The notes under the pieces are model-generated. The model did not search any database and was not told the origin of the DNA. It worked only from the letters and a program-made list of their open reading frames with translations. 64,000 nucleotides of DNA, taken from contig CM097885.1 of the NCBI GenBank assembly GCA_044892525.1, positions 51,958,001 through 52,022,000 on the forward strand, given 5' to 3'. The translations under genes were made by a program, and so were the position numbers. Source of the stretch: Schmidtea polychroa (taxonomy: Eukaryota). The stretch's first letter is position 1. Each line of letters starts with the position of its first letter. Shown here piece by piece: positions 25,501-36,749 of the stretch.

Positions 25501-28500
25501 GAAGAATAATTTTTTTTATTTAATTGCTATTATTTTTATGTGTTGTTAGTTGATTGTTGGTACTAAGTTGTTGGTTTCTTGTATTTGGTAGTTGGTACAG
25601 TGTTGTTTACTGATTGTTGTTATATAGTTGTAGGTTGATAATGCTTAGTACCTGGTTGTTGTTGGTTGTTAGTGTTTAGTATTTAGTTGTTTGAGACTTG
25701 GTTGTTGGTACTTGTTAGGTGGTTAATGGGTAGATGGGGGTTGAGTGTTACCAATACCCCTACGACTAGTACCCTTACGACTAATACCCTTACGACCAGT
25801 ACCCTTACGACCTGTACCCTTCGGGGGGTCAAAACATCCTGTCGGATAAACTCAGAGTATATATAATAAAACTGATCAACAATAAGTATTTATTGAATGC
25901 GATTTTTACTTTGCAATAATAAGTCAGTAGTTATCATTTAAAAGAAGAATGTTTTGTAAATTAGAATTCATTAGTCTTTCATTGTAATTATTTTGAATTC
26001 CACGTGGTGATGAGTTGTGGTTTTTTGATGAAAATCATCATTTTTGTTAAATTTGAAAAGGTTTTTCTAATGATTGTAATTAAATATATTTTTGAAGATA
26101 GATAAAAAATTAATTTAAAAAGCATTTCATAAAATACAGTGAAGAATATTTAGTAGCTAGTTGTAAGTATCTGGTTGTTTGAGAGTTAGTTAGTACGTGG
26201 TATCATGTTGTAAGTATTTGTTAGCACCTAGTTAAAAAATAATCAGTAACCGATTGTTGGTAACTGTTGAATTATTATTATTATTATTATTATTATTCCA
26301 TTTAAATTTCCATTTAAATTGGTATCTAGTTTTTTCATGTGGTCATCTGCTTGTAAGTGTTTGGTATCTAGTTGACAGTGCTTATTACTAGGTAAGTTAC
26401 TTGGTTGTTAGTACTTGGTATCTAGTACCTGGTTGATGTTGGTTGTATGTACTTGGTATCTAGTTGTTAGTAACTAGTTGTAGGTAATTAATGCTTAGTA
26501 GTTGGTAACTGGTTGTTAGTACTTGGTACTTGGTAGCTAGTTGGTTGTATGTACTTGGTATCTAGTTGTTAGTAACTAGTTGTAGGTACTTAGTAGTTGG
26601 TTGATGATGCTTAGTACCTGGTTATTGTCGGTTAGTGTTTAGTATTTAGTTGTTAGTACTTGGTTGATAATGCTTAGTGTCTGGTTGTATGTACTTGGTA
26701 TCTAGTTGTTAGTAACTAGTTGTAGGTACTTAGTAGTTGGTTGATGATGCTTAGTACCTGGTTATTGTCGGTTGTTAGTGTTTAGTATTTAGTTGTTAGT
26801 ACTTGGTTGATAATGCTTAGTGTCTGGTTGTATGTACTTGGTATCATGTTGTTAGTAACTAGTTGTAGGTAATTAATGCTTAGTAGTTGGTAACTGGTTG
26901 TTAGTACTTGGTAGGTGGTAGCTAGTTGGTTGTAGGTACTTAGTAGTTGGTAGCTAGTTGAGTGCTGGTTGTAGCTAGTTAATGGGTAACTGGTTGTTAG
27001 TATCTAGTTGTAGGTACTTAGTAGTTGGTTGATGATGCTTAGTACCTGGTTATTGTCGGTTGTTAGTGTTTAGTATTTAGTTGTTAGTACTTGGTTGATA
27101 ATGCTTAGTGTCTGGTTGTATGTACTTGGTATCTAGTTGTTAGTAACTAGTTGTAGGTAATTAATGCTTAGTAGTTGGTAACTGGTTGTTAGTAACTAGT
27201 TGTAGGTTGATAAGGCTTAGTACCTGGTTGTTGACGGTTGTTAGTACTTGGTATCAGGTAACTGGTTGTTAGTATCTAGTTGTAGGTTGTAGGTACTTAG
27301 TAGTTGGTAATTAATGCTTAGTACCTGGTTGTTAGTATTTAGTTGTTTGAGACCTAGTTGTTAGTATCTAGTTGTAGGTATCTGGTAACTAGTTGGTTGT
27401 TGGTACTTAGTAGGTGGTATCTGATACCTGTTTGGTTGCTTGTTTTTGGTTGTTAGTACTTGTTAGGTGGTTGTAGGTACTTAGTATCAGGTAACTAGTT
27501 GTTAGTAACTAGTTGTAGGCACTTGGTATCTGGTAATTTGTTGTAGGTACTTCGTTGTTTTTTGTTGTTAGTACTTAGTAGTTGGTTGTAGGTACTTGGT
27601 ATCAGGTAACTGGTTGTTAGTAACTAATTGTAAGTACTTGGTAGCAGGTAACTAGTTGTTAGTAACTAGTTGTAAGTCCTTGGTAGTTGGTAGTAAGTAC
27701 TTGGTTGATGTTTGTTGTAAGTACTTGGTATCTAGTACCTAGTTGGTTGTTTTTGGTTGTTAGTACTTAGTAGTTGGTTGTAGGTACTTGGTAGGTGGTA
27801 GTTAGTTGTTAGTACTTGGTACCTAGTTGGTTGATTGTTTTTGGTTGTTGGTACTTGGTATCAGGTAACTGGTTGTAGGTATCTGGTTGGTAATACATGT
27901 TCGTAAGTTACTGGTTGTTGGTACTAAGTTGTTGATTTGTTGTTGAATTATTATTAAAATTTGTCTTTGAAAAATATTTCTTAAAAATTTCCATTAAAAT
28001 TACCATTGAAAAATATTTCATAAAATTTTCTATTAAAAATTACTTAAAAAAAATATTCCATAAAAATTTTCATTAAAAATTACCATTGAAAATTTTCATT
28101 AAAAAATTTCAATTCTCAAACACCTTCAACTTTTTGTAATTAAATTTTAAAATCTTACTTTAATTTACTTATTTAAAATTTTTTACCATTGATTACTTAA
28201 TTTAAAAATTATTACTTTAATTTACTTATTTAAAATTTTTTTACCATTGATTACTTAATTTAAAATTTGGACCTTAATTTACTTTATTTTAATTTTTTAG
28301 AACCTTAATTTACTTTAATTTAAAATTTAGAACCATAATTTACTTTAATTTAATTTTTAGGACCATAATTTACTTTAATTTAAAAATTTAGACCATAATA
28401 TACTGTAATTTAATTTTTTAGGACCATTATTTACTGTAATTGAAAAATTTGAGCCATAATTTACTTTAATTTAATTTTTAGAACCATAATTTACTTTAAT

Positions 28501-29888
28501 TTAATTTTTTAGGACCATTATTTACTGTAATTCAATTTTTAGAACCATTATTTACTGTAATTGAAAAATTTGAGCCATAATTTACTTTTATTTAATTTTT
28601 AGAACCATAATTTACTGTAATTTAAAAATTTGAGCCATAATTTACTGTAATTTAATTTTTAGGACCATAATTTACTGTAATTTAAAAATTTGAGCCATAA
28701 TTTACTATAATTTAATTTTTTAGAACCATTATTTACTTTAATTGAAAAATTTACAACGTTTTTTAGTGTAGACCACCTATTTCTCAGGACCAAGGAGACT
28801 CATCTCACTATAGTCTGAAAAATCCTTGGCTTTTTTAGTGTAGACCAGCTTTTTGTATTGAAAATATCCTGAGACCTTAAATTACCATGCTTTTTAGTGT
28901 AGACCAGCTTTTTGTATTGAAAATATCCCGAGACTTTAAATTACCATGCTTCTTTATTGAAGACCGCCTTTTTGTATTGAAAATATCATGAGACCTTAAA
29001 TTACCATGCTTTTTTATTGATAGTCGGATTTTTCTATTGAAATTCTCAGGACCAAGGAGACCCACCTTAATTGACCTAGAAAAATCCATGCTTTTTTAGT
29101 GATAGTCGGATTTTTGTATTAAAAATTTTTTTTTGTATTGAAAATCCCAGGACCAAGGAGACCCACCTGAATTGACCTAGAAAATTCCATGCTTTTTTAG
29201 TGGTAGTCGGATTTTTGTATTGAAAATCCCAGGACCATCGAGACCCCCTCACTATAGTCTGAAAATTCCATGCTTTTTTATTGATAGTCGGATTTTTGTA
29301 TAGAAAAAAATTTTTTGTATTGAAAATCCCAGGACCATCGTTTTTGTATTGAAAAAATTTTATTTGTATTGAAAATCCTAGGACCATCGAGACCCCCTCA
29401 CTATAGTCTGAAAAATCCTTGGCTTTTTTAGTGTAGACCACCTATTTGTATTGAAAATATCCTGAGACCTTAAATTACCATGCTTTTTAGTGTAGACCAC
29501 CTATTTCTCAGGACCAAGGAGACTCACCTCACTATAGCGTGATAAATCCTTGGCTTTTTTATTGATAGTAGGATTTTTGTATAGAAAAAAATTTTTTGTA
29601 TTGAAAATCCCAGGACCATCGAGACCCCCTCACTATAGTCTGAATAATCCATGCTTTTTTAGTGGTAGTCGGATTTTTGTATTGAAATTTTTTTTTTGTA
29701 TTGAAAATCCCAGGACCATCGTTTTTGTATAGAAAATTTTTTTTGTATTGAAAATCCCAGGACCATCGAGACCCCCTCACTATAGTGTGATAAAAAAAAA
29801 TTTGGACCAAAAATCCCTGAAAGCAAAAAAATGAGTTGGGAACAATTGCGTAATAAAAATTGTTCCCGTGGGCTACTATCTACCTACT
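22560..29888 (-). repeat. Right arm of the giant inverted repeat (~7.3 kb)
   Basis: Starts ATTCAATGAAGAATGAG. It differs from the left arm mainly in tandem-unit copy number and in lacking a ~38-bp C/G hairpin. Confidence 0.95.
22591..25857. mobile_element. Mirror copy of the nested 3.27-kb TIR module in the right arm
   Basis: Same termini: CTCTGAGTTTATCCGACA (22591) and TGTCGGATAAACTCAGAG (ending 25857). Confidence 0.75.
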
Positions 29889-30760
29889 CTTTTGTAATGG
29901 ATTTTATAGTATCATGCGTGACGGCAAAAGAAAAAGGATGGAAAAGTGGTTTTATTCTCAAAAATATCAGAGAAAACCAAAGATGGTCCAGCTAGAGTCT
30001 AAATATGAAAATGGAAAAAGATAAAAACATTAAGAACTAAGACGAGTAAGAAATTTGGATCTCTTTAATTGAAACCACTATAATATTGATTATTCTCCGG
30101 TCTATTTTGGTTCCAGTCTTGACTTTGAGTAGATAGTATTGTGGACTCCAGCCCAACAGGAATCCTAGACTCTCACAAACTTTTGTTTTTGTGCTATTGA
30201 TATTCCTCTCCCCTACTTTTTAAAAAAATTTTTGGACAGCCCCGCATTTAATTTTTTTAATGTTAAATTTTGTTTTAATTATCGATTACATAATAATTTT
30301 AATTTATAAAAAAGAGAGCTTGAAGACTATAAATCAGTAATATATCGATGTTTTTTGATATTCGCGAATTTTTCAAGTGAAGAAATAATGAGTGGTGAAA
30401 TTGGGAAAAAGTTCTTATAATTTTAATTTTGTTTAAATCATTGATTACGTCATCATTTTAATTTTAATAAGATTATTTTATGTCAATATACTTGAAATTA
30501 AATAATCTATTAAATAAGACTATGACGTAACCAAAATTGTGAAATTTCCTTTTTAGTGCACCATTTTTGAATTTACACTCGAGCGTATACATATATTAAA
30601 ACACTCACATATCACCATTATTTCATACGCACGCACAAATTAATATTATTTATTACATACAATACATAGGTTAAGCACATATTAACCAATCAAAATCATG
30701 CATTAATATTGTATCTTTATTGCATATGAGTAATATCAAAACCGAAAAATTCATTACATC

Positions 30761-31026
30761 TGTTAAAAAAAGACATAGTTTCACAGAAATATTTATTCAC
30801 TACAAAAATCTAAGCGGAGCACACAATCGTTATACTATTTATAGTACATTGAATTGCCTAATCTACAAAAGGGAGAATTATTAGTTTAAGTGGTACTGTT
30901 GACACAGAAGACAAACATACTTACTTAATTTAGTTATACAAGCATTCCCGCATCATTCAATAGATATCAAGGTCTAGTGACCTGGTTATGTAAGTAATTC
31001 GTTGGAAATTATTATATCATCTTACA
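30761..31026 (-). repeat. 3' LTR
   Basis: Direct repeat of 35222-35487, preceded on the minus strand by the polypurine tract GGAGGGGGA (31027-31035). Confidence 0.95.
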
Positions 31027-34000
31027 TCCCCCTCCATTTAAAACTTTTGAGCCATTCTACATTTCGAATTATTTCTTTGCCTTGCTTATTCTTTAGAACA
31101 TAGCTTCTGTCAAGTCGTTTTCCAGTTATTTCATAAGGCCCTTCATAACGTTCATCCATCTTTCTAGTATTTTCTTTTTTAACCAATACTTGGTCTCCAA
31201 CTTCAAAATTCCTATAATTTTGTGTAATTAAATTCTTTTCTATGTTTGTTTATGTTTAATTCCCTCCACGATCTCCCTTCTCCGATTATTAGCATCATTA
31301 TTTTGTATATCCAAATTCTCTTTTTCCATCCATTGTCTACAAATATTCCGCCCGAATATTATTTCAGAGGGCGAAAATCCGGTTGTCTGCTGTATCGTCG
31401 CATTTAACATAAATTCCACATCTGGCAATATTTCTGCCCAATCTTTATGCCGTTTGTCTTTTAACGTAATTGCAATTGCATCCCTTATAGTTCTAAATTG
31501 CCTCTCAACTAAACCGTTTGTACTATGATGATATGGGCTTGGATATATTATTGTAATATTATGCGTTTTCAACACTTCTAAAAGGAGTTGAGATTCAAAT
31601 GTTTTTCCTCTATCGGAGTGAATGATTTTAGGGGCACCAAATTTCAAAATCCAATTTTCCCTTAAAATCTTTGCCGTCGTCTTTTCATCCTGATGAGCAA
31701 CTGCCGTCAATGATATATACCTACTGAATTGATCAATTATAGCTAAAATATATTGTTTTCCATGAATTGTTTTCTTAAATGGTCCGCAGAAATCAATAAA
31801 TATCTCTTTGAAAACTTCATCTGTACTCTGTTTAATCAGCGGTTCTTTTGTTCGTCTTGTCCACGTCTTCCGTTTCTGACACTGTTCACAATTTTCAATC
31901 ACTCTTCTAACTTCATTTTCACTAATTTTCATTTTCATATTTTTCCGTGCATATTCGTAATTTTTTTTTACCCCTGCGTGACATAAGTCTTTATGTATAT
32001 TAAAAATTATACCTTCGTTATTTACTTTTATTTCTTGGTCCATATTTTCTATGGCCAATATTTTAGTTTTATTTTTATCTACCTTGGCGTTTTCATGAAC
32101 TGTTTGGCACTGACTACATGAAGTACAGTCTTTTCTTGATAGGGCATCTGCGTTAGCATGCAATTCTCCTTTTCTGTATTCTAATTTGATATCTAGCCCA
32201 CTTAAATAGTTAATCCATGTTTGGAATTGTGCTGTAATTGGCTTTTTTGTATTTATCATAAAGGTTATAGCTTTATGATCGGTTCTTAAAGTAAATCTTT
32301 TTCCATCTAGATAGTGTTTGAAATGCTGAGTAAAATGATAGATTGCAAGCAATTCCTTTCGCGTAATGCAGTAACCGATTTCGTGCTTATTCATTGTCTT
32401 TGATCCATATGCAATAACTTGTTCTTGTCCATTACTACTCAACTGCGAAACCACTCCCCCAATCGTATCGAAACTAGCATCTGTATCTAAAATAAAGGTT
32501 TTTCGTAAATCCGGAAATCCTAGTACTGGGGTAGACGTTAACGCTTTCTTTAGCGTGTTGAAATTTGTTTCACATTCTTCAGTCCATATAAGTTTATCTT
32601 TGTTAGACCCACATAACCTTTCTAATGGTCTTGCATACTTGGCGTAATCTTTAACAAATTTTCGATAATAATTTGTTAAGCCTAGAAAGCTTCTTAAACG
32701 TTTAATACATTTTGGTTTTTCATATTCTTGCCTTGCTTTTATCTTTTCATAATCTGTCTTAATACCATTTTTATTTATAATGTGTCCCAAAAATTTTATT
32801 TCTAGTTTGTTAAAACAACATTTTTCTAAGCTTATTTTCAAACCAGCTTCTTGAATCTTTCGAAAAACTCTTTCTAGTCTTTTTTTATGTTCGATTTCAT
32901 TGTCTGCAAATATAAGGATATCGTCTAAATAGACAATTGCTTCTCTCTAATTAAGATCACCCAAAACTTGAGTCATTAATTTTTGAAAAGTGGCTGGGGC
33001 AGCTGCAATTCCAAAAGGCATTCGGTTAAAACAATATTGACCATCTTTTGTTGAAAATGCAGTCTTTAATTTTGATTCCTCTTCTAGTTCCACTTGATAA
33101 TAGGCATTACCAAGATCGATAGTGCTAAATATCTGTGCTCCATTTAGGATATCCATCATCTCTTCAATATTTGGTATTGGAAATCGAGGTCTCTCCGTAA
33201 TTGCATTTAGTGCCCGAAAATCCAAACATATTCTAATATCTGATTTATTCTTTTTTAACACACATACCAATGGGCTATTCCACACCGAGTCACATTTTTT
33301 TATAATTCCTGCTTCTTCCATGTCTTTTAGCATGTCTTGTATTTTGTGAGCAATATGAATCGGCTGACGTCAAGGATTAATTGTCACTGGGCTACCTCTA
33401 GTAACTATCTTATGTTTAATTAACTGTGTTTTTCCTACATCCCATTTATTTTTCATGAATATATCCGAAAATTCTTTAAGTAATTTATTAATCGTTGGGT
33501 CGATAATTCCTTTCAAATTGTTTTCCTCTAAATTCATTAATTGATTTTTTAATTTTACTTTAGTTACTGCCTGTAATTTAATATCAAAACAATTCATCAT
33601 TTCTACGCCTGCAATTACGCTCGGGTTAATCTTATTTGCCACAAAGAATCTTATTATCAATTCTAATCCCGAAATTCTCACTTTTAGTAATATTGTTCCT
33701 ATGATTTTAAGTGTGCTCTCGTTTGCACATGTAACCATAATATTGGATTCCCCTATTTTATCACGCATCTTTAATTTACTAACAACATCTTCGCTAATCA
33801 CGTTTATTCTAGCCCCGGTATCCAAAAGACAATCAACTTTTATTCTATTTTCCAACCAAATACCTACACTAGGTCTGCCATTCATTCTTTCGTAAACGAA
33901 TTTAGGTGCAAAAGGTCTTTCTTTATTTTCATTAACTTTATTATTAATTATATCGATACTCATAATCTTATCAATTTTGTTATTAATTTCATAAAAACTA

Positions 34001-34215
34001 TATTCAAAATAATTTTCAAAGTCAAAACATTCACAATCATTCATAATTACATCATTAATTTTTAAATCATCTTTAAATTCATTCATTACGGAAATCTTGA
34101 AATCACAAGCATTCAAATTCAAACATTCTGTGTCAACAATATACTTACTTAAACCAAATTTATGGCTCCTGGCAACTCCCTTGAAACTGGAGCCTCCCCT
34201 TTTAGCTGTTCGCAA
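31022..34215 (-). pseudogene. pol: Pol (protease, RT, RNase H, integrase with GPY/F tail), interrupted
   Basis: Motifs LLDTGA, YLDD, DTDAS, H-H-C-C, IDFCGP/SDRG/VER and GPY. ORFs 33370-34215, 32947-33333 and 31240-32841 share one frame, separated by single stops, with a frameshift near 31245. Pol is in the -1 frame relative to gag. Confidence 0.92.
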
Positions 34216-35222
34216 TCTTTTTGCATGTCATCCTGTTGAATCAGCTCTCCTTCCTCGTATTCGTAGTCGTATATCGCATTGCATTGTCTTCGATGTGGTC
34301 CTCTGTCTGAAGATTGGTTTCTGCTTTGATATTGTCCTCTGGATCCAAATTGTTTTTGATTTCTATCATAATTTCTTCCGTTGTAATATGCTTCTGTTTT
34401 AACTGAATTTCTTCTGATGTCCCAACATTGATACTTGAAATGACCATTTTTGAAACATTGAGAGCATTTTACGTTTGGGCATTCTGCTCGAATATGTCCT
34501 TGCTCTCCACATGCCCAACATCTCTGCAGTTTAAATCGCCTGGTCCCGTTCTTCCAGTCACTTTTATTTGGCATATTGAAGTTCACGGCCTCATTGGTTC
34601 TAGAGTTAGAAAATATTGGCGTCTTATTCTGTTGGTACAACTGAGTTTTTCTCGGACTTTTGACTGTCTCCGCATATGATTTATTTTCATGTAGAGATGC
34701 TAAGGATTGTTCACTTGAAAGTTCTTTTTGAATTTCTTCCATTCTTGATATCACTTCCTTGGCCTTATCTACTGATTTAACTTCTCTTAATTTCAATTCT
34801 TTTTTTGTTTCCATATTTTCCATTGCATTCTGCATTAAAAATAACATTAATGCCGGTTTTGTTAATTTGTGTCGAAGAACATTGTCGACGAGCTTTTCCA
34901 CTTTATTGAAAAATTCGGTGCACGAGTCATTTCCTTTTCGATATCTTAAAGCTGCGTCTAGATCCATGGCTAGATTTTTCCTTGGCTCGAACGCTTTTCT
35001 TAATCTTTCTTCATAGCCTGAATAATCGCTCTGTACTTCTTCATATTTCTGGATCAACTCTACCGACAGAAAGGCCTTGGTAACAATTTCTTGAATTTCT
35101 TGCGGTAGTTGAGTGAATTCGAAAAATCTCTTCAATTCCAAAATAAAAATTTCTAAATCACCATTTGGCAGCAATTGATTAGGTGGCTTGATATAGTTCT
35201 GGAGTCCTGGCGTGGTCGCCAT
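34149..35222 (-). CDS. gag: Gag with two CCHC zinc knuckles
   Basis: Open frame MATTPGLQ... with CWACGEQGHIRAEC and CSQCFKNGHFKYQC. Confidence 0.9.
   Translation of the reverse strand: MATTPGLQNYIKPPNQLLPNGDLEIFILELKRFFEFTQLPQEIQEIVTKAFLSVELIQKYEEVQSDYSGYEERLRKAFEPRKNLAMDLDAALRYRKGNDSCTEFFNKVEKLVDNVLRHKLTKPALMLFLMQNAMENMETKKELKLREVKSVDKAKEVISRMEEIQKELSSEQSLASLHENKSYAETVKSPRKTQLYQQNKTPIFSNSRTNEAVNFNMPNKSDWKNGTRRFKLQRCWACGEQGHIRAECPNVKCSQCFKNGHFKYQCWDIRRNSVKTEAYYNGRNYDRNQKQFGSRGQYQSRNQSSDRGPHRRQCNAIYDYEYEEGELIQQDDMQKDCEQLKGEAPVSRELPGAINLV
35204..35221 (-). promoter_or_regulatory. Primer-binding site (tRNA-Arg-like)
   Basis: TGGCGACCACGCCAGGAC directly follows the 5' LTR and is complementary to a tRNA 3' end ...GTCCTGGCGTGGTCGCCA. 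The Arg assignment is from recall. Confidence 0.75.
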
Positions 35223-35487
35223 GTTAGAAAAAGACATAGTTTCACGGAAATATTTATTCACTACAAAAATCTAAGCGGAGCACACAATCGTTATACTATT
35301 TATAGTACATTGAATTGCGTAATCTACAAAAGGGAGAATTATTAGTTTAAGTGATACTGTTGACACAGAAGACAAACATACTTACTTAATTTAGTTATAC
35401 AAGCATTCTTGCATCATTCAATAGATATCAAGGTCTAGTGACCTGGTTATGTCAGTAATTCGCTGGAAATTATTATATCATCTTACA
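35222..35487 (-). repeat. 5' LTR
   Basis: TGTAAG...TAACA on the minus strand, followed immediately by the PBS. Confidence 0.95.
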
Positions 35488-36749
35488 ACATCGTTAAATA
35501 ATAACTTCTAATTATTGAAAAATAATAAATTATTTCAGTTAATGGTTACAAAATCAATAAAAATATTACACTAAATCAAAACAACATTACGAAATCTTTC
35601 AATAAATTATAATAATGTTATAAAGTATTCATTAAGTTGCAATAAAGTGGGAAATTATTTTGGTGAATGGCAACAATTTAATAAATATTTCACACTAAAT
35701 TACCACCAAGATTTCTAGTTATAATAAATGAAGTTTTCATAATTTTTGAAAATAATCAGTGGTAAATGAGAATAATTGTCAACTTAAACACTTTAAAATA
35801 ATAAAACACCATATTGAAATGAAAATTTAAGTAAAATAATTTAAATATTTCAGATTATAACGAAAGAAATAAAATATAGAGTTCTAAATTTTATTCACAA
35901 GAGAACTGCTTTGAATTGATTTCTGTAATGTACAGTTATTTTTATTAATATTTTATTGTTCACAGTTAGGAATTGTGAATACTAAAATATAAAATGCCAC
36001 CATCTGGGAAATCCAGATTTTCAAAAAAACTATATAGCGATAATTTACTATAGTAAATTATCGCTATAGTAAATTAAAAAAAATTAAAAAAATCAATAAC
36101 CAAATAATACAAAAACAAGCCAAAGCAGAAATTTCTTACGAAAGTTAGGAAATTTAATCCAGAATCAAACGAACGAAAAATCAAATAATCATTGATAACA
36201 TTAGTAAAGATAAAGATTCAACGATAATATAGTTTCAACTTTAGACAAAAAAATACAGAAGATACAAGAGAGAAATCTATCAGAAAGAAATCTAAAATCG
36301 GGGGACGTCAATTCAGATAACGACAATCAAAGAACGTTACAATACAGCTGTAAAAACCTTGCGGATATAAGGAACTAAAATTAAAAATAGAATACGGAAA
36401 AATTACAGTATCAAAGAATCAGAACAACAAAACTAAGAACGTTTGAAGTTAGCCGGTTGTAGAAACTCAGGTCATTCGTTTTCTTTATTTTGAATAAAAG
36501 TTCTAGTTCGCTACATACTATGGTTTGTTATTATTTTTATTTTATTTGTAGATACACTATTAGTAAACACAACACGCACCCCGATTGTCCCGCCACAAGT
36601 TTTAACGGTGACTCTTTCGGGCGCATCAAATTTCTTAACAACAACATAATATAATACTGATAATATAATAATGATAAATCAATTCAATTAAAGCCACAGA
36701 CAAGATTTGGCAAATTGTCTCACATGTCTGTGGAAACAGAAAAGAAAAT

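Larger units (their letters stand above)
14625..29888. mobile_element. Giant palindromic non-autonomous Maverick/Polinton-like element (15,264 bp)
   Basis: Left end AGTAGAAAGATAGTAGCCCACGGGAACAATT; right end AATTGTTCCCGTGGGCTACTATCTACCTACT. The 6-bp direct repeat CTTTTG flanks it at 14619-14624 and 29889-29894. Mirrored ORF pairs (15113-15478/29076-29441 and 20673-20882/23592-23801) confirm the inverted arms. No credible gene. Confidence 0.85.
30761..35487 (-). mobile_element. Complete Ty3/gypsy LTR retrotransposon (4727 bp)
   Basis: 266-bp LTRs (TG...CA) at 30761-31026 and 35222-35487 with ~8 mismatches. TSD ACATC at 30756-30760 and 35488-35492. PBS and PPT present; gene order gag-PR-RT-RH-IN. 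Confidence 0.96.

Noticed and set aside
26350..27940. Telomere-like GT-rich tract
   Set aside because: No regular TTAGGG or TTAGG unit. It is the mirror of an internal mosaic array.
14625..29888. Long-read fold-back assembly artefact as the explanation for the palindrome
   Set aside because: Disfavoured, though not excluded without reads. There is a clean 6-bp TSD, a unique spacer, arm-specific indels, and unrelated flanks on each side.
31753..35016. Plus-strand ORFs overlapping the gypsy gag/pol
   Set aside because: Antisense shadows of the real minus-strand reading frames.
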